Shown here: positions 40,593-49,286 of the stretch, piece by piece
Layout of the letters: each line of letters opens with the position of its first letter
How positions within the stretch are numbered: the stretch's first letter is position 1
Assembly (NCBI GenBank): GCA_963835955.1
Contig: CAWIHZ010000006.1
Span: forward strand, 11,118 to 75,117
Length of the DNA stretch: 64,000 nucleotides
Origin: an uncultured Alphaproteobacteria bacterium
Lineage (GTDB): Bacteria; Pseudomonadota; Alphaproteobacteria; Rhizobiales; Beijerinckiaceae
Direction: 5' to 3'
Program-made: the position numbers and the translations under genes
The notes under the pieces: model-generated
Told to the model about the DNA's origin: nothing
Database searches by the model: none
Seen by the model: only the letters and a program-made list of their open reading frames with translations

Positions 40593-42435
40593 ATGGACTC
40601 GCATGAGTTCGGCGCCCGGGCAGGGGAAGATGGCTCGGGCGGGGTGAGCGCGACTGACGTCTCGAACCCCGATTACTTCCACAAGGTGGTGGATTGTCAG
40701 TGGGCGTGCCCGGCCCACACCCCGGTTCCCGAGTATATTCGGCAGATCGCGTCCGGGGATTATAACGGCGCCTACATGATCAATTGGAAGTCGAACGTGT
40801 TTCCTGGAATCCTGGGACGCACCTGCGACCGGCCTTGCGAGCCGGCTTGCCGTCGGGGACGGCTCGAGGAACAGCCGGTCGCGATCTGCCGTCTCAAGCG
40901 CGTCGCGGCCGACCACAAGCAGGATATCGCCGCCTTGCTGCCCAAGGCGCCGGAGCGTCGCAACGGCAAGCGCGTCGTTTGCGTCGGCGCCGGGCCGGCC
41001 TCGCTGACGGTCGCCCGCGATCTCGCCGCGATCGGCTATGAGGTCATCGTGTTCGATTCAGAACTCGCTCGCGGGCGGGATGATGCGCACGCAAATCCCG
41101 AAATTCCGACTGCCTGACGAAGTGATCGACGAAGAGGTGGGCTACGCGCTGTCGACCGGCGGCAAATTCGTCGCCGGTCGGCGGATCAACAGCCTGAAGG
41201 CGCTGATCGGCGAAGGCTATGACGCGATCTTCGTCGGTTGCGGCGCGCCGCGCGGCCGCGACCTCGATATTCCCGGGCGGGCGGAGGCGGCCGACAACAT
41301 TCGCGTCGGCATCGAATGGCTCTCCAGCGTTTCGTTCGGCCACAGCGTTTCGATCGGCAAGCGGGTCATCGTGCTCGGCGGCGGCAACACGGCGATGGAT
41401 TGCTGCCGAACCGCCTTGCGGCTCGGCGGCGTCGACGTCAAGGTGGTCGTGCGCTCCGGTTTCGCCGAAATGAAGGCCTCGCCCTGGGAGAAGGAAGACG
41501 CGATGCATGAGGGCGTCGCGATTTTGAACTTTCACGCGCCCAGGGCCTTTACTCACAAGGACGGTCGCCTGACCGGCGTCGTGTTCGAAAAGGTGACGGC
41601 GCAGAAAGACCGACGCGGTCGTCGCCTCCTGGTCCCGACCGGCGAGCCCGACGTTCATATCGAGTGCGACGACGTGCTGATCGCCGTCGGCCAGGAGAAC
41701 GCGTTTCCCTGGATCGAGGGCGACGCCGGCGTCGCGTTCGCCCGCACCGGCATGCCGGCGATCGATCCGGTCACCTTTCAGTCGAGCCTGCCTTCGGTGT
41801 TCTTCGGCGGCGACGCCGCGCTTGGACCCAAGAACATCATCACCGCGGTCGCGCACGGCCACGAGGCCGCGATCTCGATCGACGCCTATTGCCGCGGCGA
41901 GGATTTGCGCGCGCGACCGGCTCCGATGACCAATCTCGTCAGTCAGAAGATGGGCATTCACGAGTGGTCCTACGACAACGCCATCACCCTCGATCGGCGC
42001 TTCGCGATGCCGCAGGTCGACAGGAAAAAGGCGCTCAAAAACATTCGCACCGAGGTCGAGCTCGGCTTCGAGGACGCGCAGGCTTTCGCCGAGGCGCAGC
42101 GCTGCCTCAACTGCGACGTCCAGACCGTTTTCTCGGCCCCGGCCTGCATCGAATGCGACGCTTGCGTCGACGTTTGCCCGATCGACTGCATTTCATTCGT
42201 CGCCAACGCGCCCGAGGACGAATTGCGCCGCTCGCTCAACGCGCCCGCCCTCAATCTGTCGCAGGCGCTTTACGTGTCCGAGCCGGTCAAGACCGAGCGG
42301 GTCATGGTGAAGGACGAGGACTTGTGCCTGCATTGCGGCCTGTGCGCCGAACGTTGCCCGACCGGCGCGTGGGACATGCAGAAGTTCACCCTCGAGATGG
42401 CGCAAGCGGGACAGGCATGCCGATCCAGGGCGTAA
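40593..42435 (+). pseudogene. KorC-like flavoprotein (GltD-like NAD(P)H oxidoreductase with C-terminal 2x[4Fe-4S] ferredoxin domain), interrupted by a +1 frameshift near 41064
   Basis: Frame 0: ...CQWACPAHTPVPEYI...CDRPCEPACRRG...KRVVCVGAGPASLTVARDLAAIGYEVIVFDSE. Frame +1: (S)LAGGMMRTQIPKFRLPDEVIDEE...VIVLGGGNTAMDC...FFGGDAA...CLNCDVQ..CIECDACVDVCP...CLHCGLCAERCP. Joined, this gives about 615 aa. Confidence 0.75.
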
Positions 42436-44252
42436 ACGACTTCGTCATTCGCTTCGCCAACGTCAATGGGTCCGGCTCGGCGAGCGCCAACCTCCTGTTC
42501 GCGCGCTCGATCCTGCGCATGGGCGTGCCGATCGCGCCGCGCAACATCTTCCCCTCGAACATTCAAGGCCTGCCGACCTGGTACGAGGTGAGAGTCAGCG
42601 AGGCGGGACATCTGGGCGCACGCGGCGGGGCCGATATTCTGGTGGCGATGAATCCGCAGACCTTCGTCCAGGATGTCGCCGCCATCGACCCGGGCGGCTA
42701 CCTGTTCTACGATTCCACGCGGCCTATGCCGGCCTCGCTGCTGCGCCAGGACGTGACCGCGCTCGGCATGCCGCTGACCGCGATCTGCGCCGCCGAATAT
42801 GCCGATCCGAGGCAGCGTCAGCTCTACAAGAACATCGTCTATGTCGGCGCGCTCGCCGCGCTGCTCGACATCGACCTCTCGGTCATGAAGACCCTGATCG
42901 GCGAACGGTTCAGGGGCAAGGAAAAGCTGATCGCCGCCAATCGGCGCGCGCTCGGCATCGGCTACGACGACGCCAGGTCGCGCTTCGGCGGCCCGATCGG
43001 CATTCGCGTGCGGCGCAGCGGCGCAGCGGGCGACCGCATTCTCGCCGACGGCAATTTCGCCGCGGGGCTGGGGGCGGTCTATGGCGGCGCGACGGTCTGC
43101 GCCTGGTATCCGATTACGCCCTCGACCGCGCTGGCGGAGGCGTTCGATCGCAATTGCGCGCGCTATCGCATCGACCCCGCGACCGGCAGGAAGAACTACG
43201 CCTTCGTGCAGGCCGAGGACGAGATCGCCGCGATCGGCATCGCCGTCGGCGCCGGCTGGAACGGCGCCCGCGCCTTCACCGCGACCTCGGGGCCGGGCGT
43301 GTCGCTGATGCAGGAGTTCTTCGGGCTTGCCTATTTCGCCGAAATCCCGGTGGTGGTGTTCGACGTCCAGCGCGGCGGCCCTTCGACCGGCATGCCGACC
43401 CGCACCCAGCAATCGGACCTGATCGCCTGCGCCTTCGCCTCGCATGGCGACACCAAGCACGTGCTGCTGATCCCCGACGGCCCGGGCGAGGCGTTCGAAT
43501 TCGCCGCGAGCGCGTTCGATCTCGCCGAGCGGCTGCAAACGCCGGTCTTCGTCATGCTCGACCTCGACATCGGCATGAACGCGCACCTGTGCGCGCCTTT
43601 CCGCTGGGACGACGGGCGGCGCTACGACCGCGGCAAGGTGCTGTCGGGCGACGAACTCGAAGCCGCGCGCGAATTCGGCCGCTACAACGACGTCGACGGC
43701 GACGGCGTCCCCTATCGCACGCTTCCCGGCGCCCATCCCGCGCGCGGCGCCTATTTCACCCGCGGCACCAGCCGCGACCGTTTCGCGCGCTACACCGAGG
43801 AAGCCGCCCCTTATGTCGACAACATGGAGCGGCTCCTGCGCAAGTTCGAAACCGCGCGCGCTCTTCTGCCGCGCCCGGTCCTCAAACCGGCGGCCAGGCC
43901 GGCGCGCTTCGGCGTCCTCCATTTCGGTTCGACCGCGGCGGCGATGGACGAGGCCCTCGAGATGCTGGCGAGCGAGGGCCTCCATGTCGACGCGCTGCGC
44001 GTCCGCGCCTTTCCGCTCGCCCGAGAGGTCGCCGAATTCGTGCGCGATCACGAGCAGACGTTCGTCGTCGAGCAGAACCGGGACGCGCAGATGCGCACGC
44101 TGCTGACGATCGATCTGGGGATCGCCCCGGCGCGCCTGATCCCGATCCTCCATTACGGGGGAATGCCGGTCAGCGCCCGCTTCATCTTCGGAGAGATCGC
44201 GGGCCGGTTGCTCCAAACGTCGAAGCCGAAAATCCTGGAGTCCGCGAAGTGA
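42417..44252 (+). CDS. korA: 2-oxoacid:acceptor oxidoreductase subunit alpha (fused gamma-alpha)
   Basis: MPIQGVNDFVIRFANVNGSGSASANLLFARSI...GNFAAGLGAVYGGATVCAWYPITPST...EDEIAAIGIAVGAGWNGARAFTATSGPG. ATG 42417 overlaps the end of the korC-like ORF. Confidence 0.9.
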   Translation: MPIQGVNDFVIRFANVNGSGSASANLLFARSILRMGVPIAPRNIFPSNIQGLPTWYEVRVSEAGHLGARGGADILVAMNPQTFVQDVAAIDPGGYLFYDSTRPMPASLLRQDVTALGMPLTAICAAEYADPRQRQLYKNIVYVGALAALLDIDLSVMKTLIGERFRGKEKLIAANRRALGIGYDDARSRFGGPIGIRVRRSGAAGDRILADGNFAAGLGAVYGGATVCAWYPITPSTALAEAFDRNCARYRIDPATGRKNYAFVQAEDEIAAIGIAVGAGWNGARAFTATSGPGVSLMQEFFGLAYFAEIPVVVFDVQRGGPSTGMPTRTQQSDLIACAFASHGDTKHVLLIPDGPGEAFEFAASAFDLAERLQTPVFVMLDLDIGMNAHLCAPFRWDDGRRYDRGKVLSGDELEAAREFGRYNDVDGDGVPYRTLPGAHPARGAYFTRGTSRDRFARYTEEAAPYVDNMERLLRKFETARALLPRPVLKPAARPARFGVLHFGSTAAAMDEALEMLASEGLHVDALRVRAFPLAREVAEFVRDHEQTFVVEQNRDAQMRTLLTIDLGIAPARLIPILHYGGMPVSARFIFGEIAGRLLQTSKPKILESAK

Positions 44253-45304
44253 CCTTCATCGGCAAGCCGAAGTTTCATCATCCCTCGATCGCGGTCAACG
44301 CGCTCGGCCTGACCCACCGCGATTATGAAGGGGCGATGTCGACGCTGTGCGCGGGCTGCGGCCACGATTCGATCAGCGCCGCGATCGTTCACGCCTGCTT
44401 CGAGCTCAGCCTGCCGCCGCACCGCATCGCGAAATTGAGCGGCATCGGCTGTTCGTCCAAGACGCCGACCTACATGCTCGGCCAGAGTCATGGCTTCAAT
44501 TCGGTGCACGGGCGCATGCCCTCGGTGCTGACCGGCGCCAATCTCGCCAACCGGGACCTCGTCTACCTCGGCGTCTCCGGCGACGGCGACACCGCCTCGA
44601 TCGGGCTCGGCCAATTCGCCCACGCGATGCGGCGCGCCGTCAACATGGTCTATATCGTCGAGAACAATGGCGTGTATGGCCTGACCAAGGGGCAGTTTTC
44701 AGCCACCGCAGACCGCGGCTCGAAGAGCAAGACCGGCGTCGCCGCCGCCGACTTGCCGATCGATCTCGTCGGTCTGGCGATCCAGCTCGGCGCCACCTTC
44801 GTCGCCCGCGGCTTTTCCGGCGACAAAGAGCAGCTCGTGCCGTTGATCAAGGCGGCGTTCGAGCATCGCGGCGCCGCTTTCATCGACGTCATTTCGCCCT
44901 GTGTCACCTTCAACAATCATGCCGGGTCGACCAAAAGCTTCGACTATGTGCGCGAGCACAACCTGGCGCTGAACGAGCTTGATTTCATCGCCGCCCGCGA
45001 GCCGATCGAAGTCGAGTATGCGGAAGGCGCGCGCCAGTCCGTCACGATGCACGACGGCGGGACGATCCATTTGCGCAAGCTCGGCGCCGGGCACGATCTT
45101 CAAGACCGGACCGCGGCGCTGGCGGCGCTGGAGCGCTGCCGCGCCGCCGGCGAGATCGCCACCGGCCTCGTCTATCTGAGCGCGGAGACCGGCGATCTGC
45201 ACGACACCCTCAACACGACATTGCGCCCGCTCAACGCGCTCGCCGAGCGCGAGCTGTGCCCGGGGTCGAAGGCGCTTGACGCGATCAATGCGTCGTTGAG
45301 GTAG
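44249..45304 (+). CDS. korB: 2-oxoacid:ferredoxin oxidoreductase subunit beta (TPP-binding)
   Basis: ...LCAGCGHDSI...GIGCSSK...VSGDGDTASIGLGQFAHAMRRAVNMVYIVENNGVYGLTKGQ. GTG 44249 overlaps the korA stop (GTGA). Confidence 0.9.
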   Translation: MTFIGKPKFHHPSIAVNALGLTHRDYEGAMSTLCAGCGHDSISAAIVHACFELSLPPHRIAKLSGIGCSSKTPTYMLGQSHGFNSVHGRMPSVLTGANLANRDLVYLGVSGDGDTASIGLGQFAHAMRRAVNMVYIVENNGVYGLTKGQFSATADRGSKSKTGVAAADLPIDLVGLAIQLGATFVARGFSGDKEQLVPLIKAAFEHRGAAFIDVISPCVTFNNHAGSTKSFDYVREHNLALNELDFIAAREPIEVEYAEGARQSVTMHDGGTIHLRKLGAGHDLQDRTAALAALERCRAAGEIATGLVYLSAETGDLHDTLNTTLRPLNALAERELCPGSKALDAINASLR

Positions 45305-45324
45305 TTGGCGAAACTGACAAGAAC

Positions 45325-46275
45325 ATGGTTCGCTATTTCGACAAGGATAGCGTCAAAGCCGTCCTGGAGTGGAACCCGCTCATCGACGCGATGGAAGCGG
45401 CCCTCCGGGACTTCTCTTCCGGCGAGGTTCTGCAGCCCCTGCGGAGCATGCTGACCATCGAGGAGGGCCAGCGCTATCTCGGCGTCATGCCTGCCGTCGC
45501 GCGGGAGGCGATGGGGCTCAAGCTCGTCAGCTTTTATCCCGCCAACGCGAGCAAGGGCGTTGAAACGCATCACGCGATGATCCTGCTCATGCGCCCGGAC
45601 ACCGGCGAGCCGCTGGCGGCCATGGACGGGACGCTGATCACGGAAATGCGCACGGCTGCGGTCTCGGCCGCAGTGACGCGGCGGCTGGCGCGCCCTGACA
45701 CACACGTTCTCGCGCTCGTCGGCGCCGGCGTTCAGGCCGGGGCGCATCTCGCTGCGCTCAAGCGAGTGCGCACATTCGAAGAGGTCCGAGTCTGGAGCAG
45801 GACGCCCGAGCGCGCGCAACGGTTCGCGGCCGAGCATGGCGCGCTCGCAATGGAGGAGGTCCGCGCGGCGGTCGAGGGCGCAGACGTCATTGTGACGGCG
45901 ACCAATGCGCAGGACCCCATTCTGCGCGGGGAATGGGTCGAGCGCGGGGCGCATGTCAACGCAGTCGGAGCGGCCCGGCCGAACTGGCGGGAACTCGACG
46001 ACCGGTTGATGAACTCGTCCCTCCTGATCGTCGACTCGCGGGAGGCGGCGCTGAAGGAATCGGGCGACGTGATCCTGTCCAGCGCGCCGATCTACGCCGA
46101 AGCGGGAGAACTGTTCTCCGGCGCCAAGGCCGCGCCGAATCCGGGTCCCACAACGGTGTTCAAGTCCTTGGGGCTCGCCGTCGAGGACATCGCGGCGGCA
46201 AAGCTCGTCTATGACAGGCTTGCGTCCCTTCCCCCGGGCTCGATGGCGATCGGTTCGGATGCGCTGATCCGGTAA
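45325..46275 (+). CDS. ornithine cyclodeaminase / mu-crystallin family protein
   Basis: 316 aa. ...GVMPAV...GLKLVSFYPAN...LITEMRTAAVSAAVTRRLARPD...LALVGAGVQA...VTATNA... Starts 20 nt after korB. Confidence 0.9.
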   Translation: MVRYFDKDSVKAVLEWNPLIDAMEAALRDFSSGEVLQPLRSMLTIEEGQRYLGVMPAVAREAMGLKLVSFYPANASKGVETHHAMILLMRPDTGEPLAAMDGTLITEMRTAAVSAAVTRRLARPDTHVLALVGAGVQAGAHLAALKRVRTFEEVRVWSRTPERAQRFAAEHGALAMEEVRAAVEGADVIVTATNAQDPILRGEWVERGAHVNAVGAARPNWRELDDRLMNSSLLIVDSREAALKESGDVILSSAPIYAEAGELFSGAKAAPNPGPTTVFKSLGLAVEDIAAAKLVYDRLASLPPGSMAIGSDALIR

Positions 46276-46360
46276 CGGCGACAGCGCATGTTTTTGGCCC
46301 TCCAGTTCGACCGGGTCTGCTCGGCTCACCTCGGGTGTCGAGCGGGACGGTTAGTAGATT

Positions 46361-46375
46361 GCACCATCACCGTAA
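46361..46375 (+). repeat. degenerate copy of the transposase-flanking repeat core (GCACCATCACCGTAA, 13/15)
   Basis: Same orientation as the 46477 and 48501 copies. It abuts the 5' transposase stub. Confidence 0.4.
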
Positions 46376-46377
46376 CA

Positions 46378-46436
46378 CCGCGCTGCGTAACATGGCAGGG
46401 CAAGCCGGGAACGACAACTCGGGCGAGACGAGCCAT
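46378..46436 (-). pseudogene. 5' stub (first ~20 codons) of a second RAYT-type transposase gene plus its leader
   Basis: Reverse strand reads ATG GCT CGT ... = MARLARVVVPGLPCHVTQRG, versus MARLARVVVPGLPYHVTQRG in the intact gene. The leader up to the repeat at 46473-46491 is also homologous to 48469-48515. Confidence 0.75.
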
Positions 46437-46472
46437 GGGTGACTGTAGGGGCGCGTGCAGCATCAGTCAATT

Positions 46473-46491
46473 TACTGCACTGTCACCGTAA
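46473..46491 (+). repeat. transposase-flanking repeat, copy F2 (TACTGCACTGTCACCGTAA, 17/19)
   Basis: Core GCACTGTCACCGTAA at 46477-46491. Confidence 0.8.
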
Positions 46492-46547
46492 TACCCGTAA
46501 TACCGTAATACGTAATACTGTAATACACGTAATACTTGCCGTAATAC
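46488..46547 (+). repeat. array of seven GTAATAC heptamers at irregular 7-12 nt spacing
   Basis: Heptamers at 46488, 46497, 46505, 46512, 46520, 46529 and 46541. The first is the terminal GTAA of repeat F2 plus TAC. Confidence 0.9.
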
Positions 46548-46774
46548 TTGACCGCTGTAGGTCGCTATCCGCCCAATCGCGCCTACCAGAGGCAAGGTGC
46601 GTTACATTGCCGCCATTAAATTGGCGCAAAGGCAGCGCAAGATTGCCAGGCTTTGGGCCAGATTCGACATTTTACGAACGGTCTTGACGGCGAATTCGGG
46701 TTTAAACGATTGAAAAGTCGCCGACGTGTGAGCGTTAGAGCGTTTAAAAACAAATTTTTTGAGGAGTAAACGAA

Positions 46775-47704
46775 ATGATTTCGCTTTGTAACTTTTCAGT
46801 CTCTTTAGCGCGATTACGAGCCGCCAACGTCGGGCAGACTGCCACGTGCTGTGGAGCAGCAGGCTCGGGCGCTTCGCAAACTCGAACTCAGAGCTTGAGT
46901 GCTTCGATACAAGGCCGAGATTCGCGGAGTCGCCGTCTTTTATTTGAGCTATTTATCGGATTCCTTTTGTTTGTTCCGCCGGTGCAGACGGCAACTGCCC
47001 AAGACTTCACCCTTATCCACGATAGTTTTGACGGCAAAAGCCTCGCACAATGGACCGAGAACTGGTTTACTTGGGCTTGGCAGGCTCCGCTGAACCAGAA
47101 TCCATTGCTCGACACGACGGGCGCCAACGCGAGCGTCGACAACGACGGACCGGTGTTTTTTATCGGCGGGACGACTGGCCCGCTAACCTCTGCGGAGAGG
47201 ACGTTCGACGCCCCGGCGGGAAAGCCGCTGTTGATTCCGCTGCTGAACGCCTTCGACACGCTGGACACGGAGTCGACCGAGGAAGCGCTTATGGACGAGT
47301 TTCGGGGCTCGGTTATCAGCCTGTTTGCGACCATCGACGGAGAGCCGATAACGTCCGACCTCGTTAACACCGAGTTCTTTTCCATGGGGGAGACGAAGCC
47401 GGGCAGCCTCATAGAGAGCATCGGGGCGCCGCTCGGCTCCGAACTCGACCCGACGTTGGGTTCGGGTTACTGGCTTATGGTGAGCGGGCTCAGCCCTGGC
47501 GAGCACACTTTGACTTTCGGCGGCGCCGAGAGCCCTTGGACAGTCGCTCCGGACGGGTTTTCAACGAGTGTAATAGACCACATCAATGTCGCCGTCCCCG
47601 AGCCGCCGACCTGGGCGATGATGCTGTTGGGTTTCGCCGGCCTAGGGTTTGCGGGCTATTGCGCCTCGCGTTCTCGCCGTCTGAGCAAGATTTCATCCGT
47701 ATAG
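46775..47704 (+). CDS. PEP-CTERM (PEPxxWA variant) sorting-domain protein
   Basis: C-terminus VPEPPTWAMMLLGFAGLGFAGYCASRSRR is a PEP-CTERM anchor. A hydrophobic signal-like segment RRLLFELFIGFLLFVPPVQTATA|QD begins only at about codon 53. ATG 46775 has a good SD (GAGGAG, 8-nt spacer); the alternative start is TTG 46895. GC content is visibly lower than the surroundings. Confidence 0.8.
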   Translation: MISLCNFSVSLARLRAANVGQTATCCGAAGSGASQTRTQSLSASIQGRDSRSRRLLFELFIGFLLFVPPVQTATAQDFTLIHDSFDGKSLAQWTENWFTWAWQAPLNQNPLLDTTGANASVDNDGPVFFIGGTTGPLTSAERTFDAPAGKPLLIPLLNAFDTLDTESTEEALMDEFRGSVISLFATIDGEPITSDLVNTEFFSMGETKPGSLIESIGAPLGSELDPTLGSGYWLMVSGLSPGEHTLTFGGAESPWTVAPDGFSTSVIDHINVAVPEPPTWAMMLLGFAGLGFAGYCASRSRRLSKISSV

Positions 47705-47730
47705 AGAGCCGCCTTTGGGCGGCCTCTTTT
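47705..47730 (+). terminator. rho-independent terminator of the PEPxxWA gene
   Basis: GAGCCGCC-tttg-GGCGGCCTC followed by TTTTGG, directly after the stop at 47702-47704. Confidence 0.7.
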
Positions 47731-47757
47731 GGTCTCACAGCGTCGGTCACAACGGGG

Positions 47758-48515
47758 TTACGGTGACAGTGCATTTTACTCCTCCGACGGGTTCGACCGG
47801 CCTTCCTTCGGCTTGGGCCCGCGCTTGAGGGGGTGGAGGCGGCGGCGGGTCCTGGTTTCCAGCGCGGCGAGGAATGGTTCCGAACCGACCGGCCGTCCGA
47901 CGCTCTCGCCTTTGCGCAGGCGCGCCGTCGCCCCTTCGTCCTCGTCGGCTTCGAGGAGGTCGGCGAAGCGGGAAAAGCGCTGGCGGGCGGGGGCGAGGTC
48001 GGTAAGCCCGTCCTCGGCGACGCCCAGAAGGGCGCGCGCGCTCGACCACGGCCAGTCTTCGGCTCGCCCGACGAGCCGGGCGCGCACGGGATTGAGGTTC
48101 ACGTAGCGGAAGGCGGCGGCGAGATGGTCCTCGTCCATCGCCACGGCGCCGTATCGCCCCTGCCAGAAATGGCCGGTTCGCGCGCGCCGCGCGTGGATCA
48201 ATCCGGCGTATCGACGATGCACGCGCGCCAGGGCGCGGCGCAGGCCGTCTTCGTCTTGCGGGACGAGGATGAGATGGATGTGGTTGGGCATCAGACACCA
48301 CGCCCAAACGTCCACCCGCGCCTCGTGCGCCGCCTCGGCCAGCCAGTCGCGGTAGGCGGCGTAGTCGGGATCGGCGAAGAACACCCGCTGGCGGCCATTG
48401 CCGCGCTGCGTCACATGGTAGGGCAAGCCGGGAACGACGACACGGGCGAGACGAGCCATCGGCGACATCTAGCGGCGCACGCAGCATGAGTCAAATAAAT
48501 GCACTGTCACCGTAA
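47758..48515 (-). mobile_element. 758-bp unit: RAYT-type Y1 transposase gene bracketed by perfect 19-bp inverted repeats
   Basis: TTACGGTGACAGTGCATTT (47758-47776) is the exact reverse complement of AAATGCACTGTCACCGTAA (48497-48515). Confidence 0.55.
47776..48468 (-). CDS. IS200-like HUH/Y1 transposase, REP-associated tyrosine transposase (RAYT) type
   Basis: 230 aa. PYHVTQRGNGRQRVFF, HUH motif CLMPNHIHLILVP, GHFWQGRY, Tyr motif FRYVNLNPVRARLV, WPWSS. Basic C-terminal tail ...GRPVGSEPFLAALETRTRRRLHPLKRGPKPKEG. Confidence 0.85.
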   Translation of the reverse strand: MSPMARLARVVVPGLPYHVTQRGNGRQRVFFADPDYAAYRDWLAEAAHEARVDVWAWCLMPNHIHLILVPQDEDGLRRALARVHRRYAGLIHARRARTGHFWQGRYGAVAMDEDHLAAAFRYVNLNPVRARLVGRAEDWPWSSARALLGVAEDGLTDLAPARQRFSRFADLLEADEDEGATARLRKGESVGRPVGSEPFLAALETRTRRRLHPLKRGPKPKEGRSNPSEE

Positions 48516-48521
48516 TTCCGC

Positions 48522-48996
48522 GGAAGCGCTTATGGACGAGTTTCGGGGCTCGGATTATCAGCCTGTTTGCGACAATCGACGGAGAGCCGATAACGTCCGA
48601 CCTCGTTGACACCGAGTTCTTTTCCATCGGGGGAGACGAAGCCGGGCAGCCTCGTGCGAGCATCGGGCGCCGCTCGGCTCCGAACTCGACCCGACGTTGC
48701 GGTTCGGCGTTACTGGCTTATGGTGAGCCGGCTCAGCCCTGGCGAGCACGACCTTGACTTTCGGCGGCGCCGAGAGCCCTTGGACAGTTGCTCCGGACGG
48801 CCGTTTTCAACGAGTGTAATAGACCACATCAATGTCGCCGTCCCCGAGCCGCCGACCTGGCGCTGATGCTGCTGGGTTTCGCCGGCCTAGGGTTTGCGGG
48901 CTATTGCGCCTCGACGCTCTCGCCGTCTGAGCAAGATTCTCATCCGCATAGAGAGCGGTCTTTGCGGCGGCCTCTTTTGGTCTCACACGCGGTCAC
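48522..48996 (+). pseudogene. decayed duplicate of the 3' ~430 nt of the PEPxxWA-CTERM gene plus its terminator region
   Basis: Collinear with 47281-47750 (ggaagcgcttatggacgagtttcggggctcgg...), with many substitutions and several 1-4 nt indels. The homologous reading frame is broken across track ORFs 48606..48866 and 48788..49075. Confidence 0.85.
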
Positions 48997-49063
48997 CAGA
49001 CCGACGAGGCATTTGGGCAGGCCCGAGAAGAACGCCAGCAACTTGTCGCGCTTGACCGACTTC

Positions 49064-49286
49064 GGGTTGCGGTGACAGTGCATTTTACTCCTCCGACGGG
49101 CTCGACCGGCCTTCCTTCGGCTTGGGCCCGCGCTTGAGGGGGTGGAGGCGGCGGCGGGTCCTGGTTTCCAGCGCGGCGAGGAATGGTTCCGAACCGACCG
49201 GCCGTCCGAGCTCTCGCCTTTGCGCAGGCGCGCCGTCGCCCGCTTCGTCCTCCTCGGCTTCGAGGAGGTCGGCGAAGCGGGAAAAG
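49064..49286 (-). pseudogene. partial copy B: flanking repeat (TTGCGGTGACAGTGCATTT, 1 mismatch) plus the last ~67 codons of the RAYT gene
   Basis: Aligns with 47754-47977. One 1-nt deletion and a few substitutions. Confidence 0.85.

Noticed and set aside
46775-46789. An identical 15-mer ATGATTTCGCTTTGT (MISLC) at the start of the PEPxxWA ORF and at 8799-8813 inside the IS630 left end
   Set aside because: It is unlikely to be chance, but the flanks do not align convincingly. I cannot establish that the PEPxxWA 5' region is IS630-derived. BLASTN of 46700-46800 against IS630 left ends would settle it.
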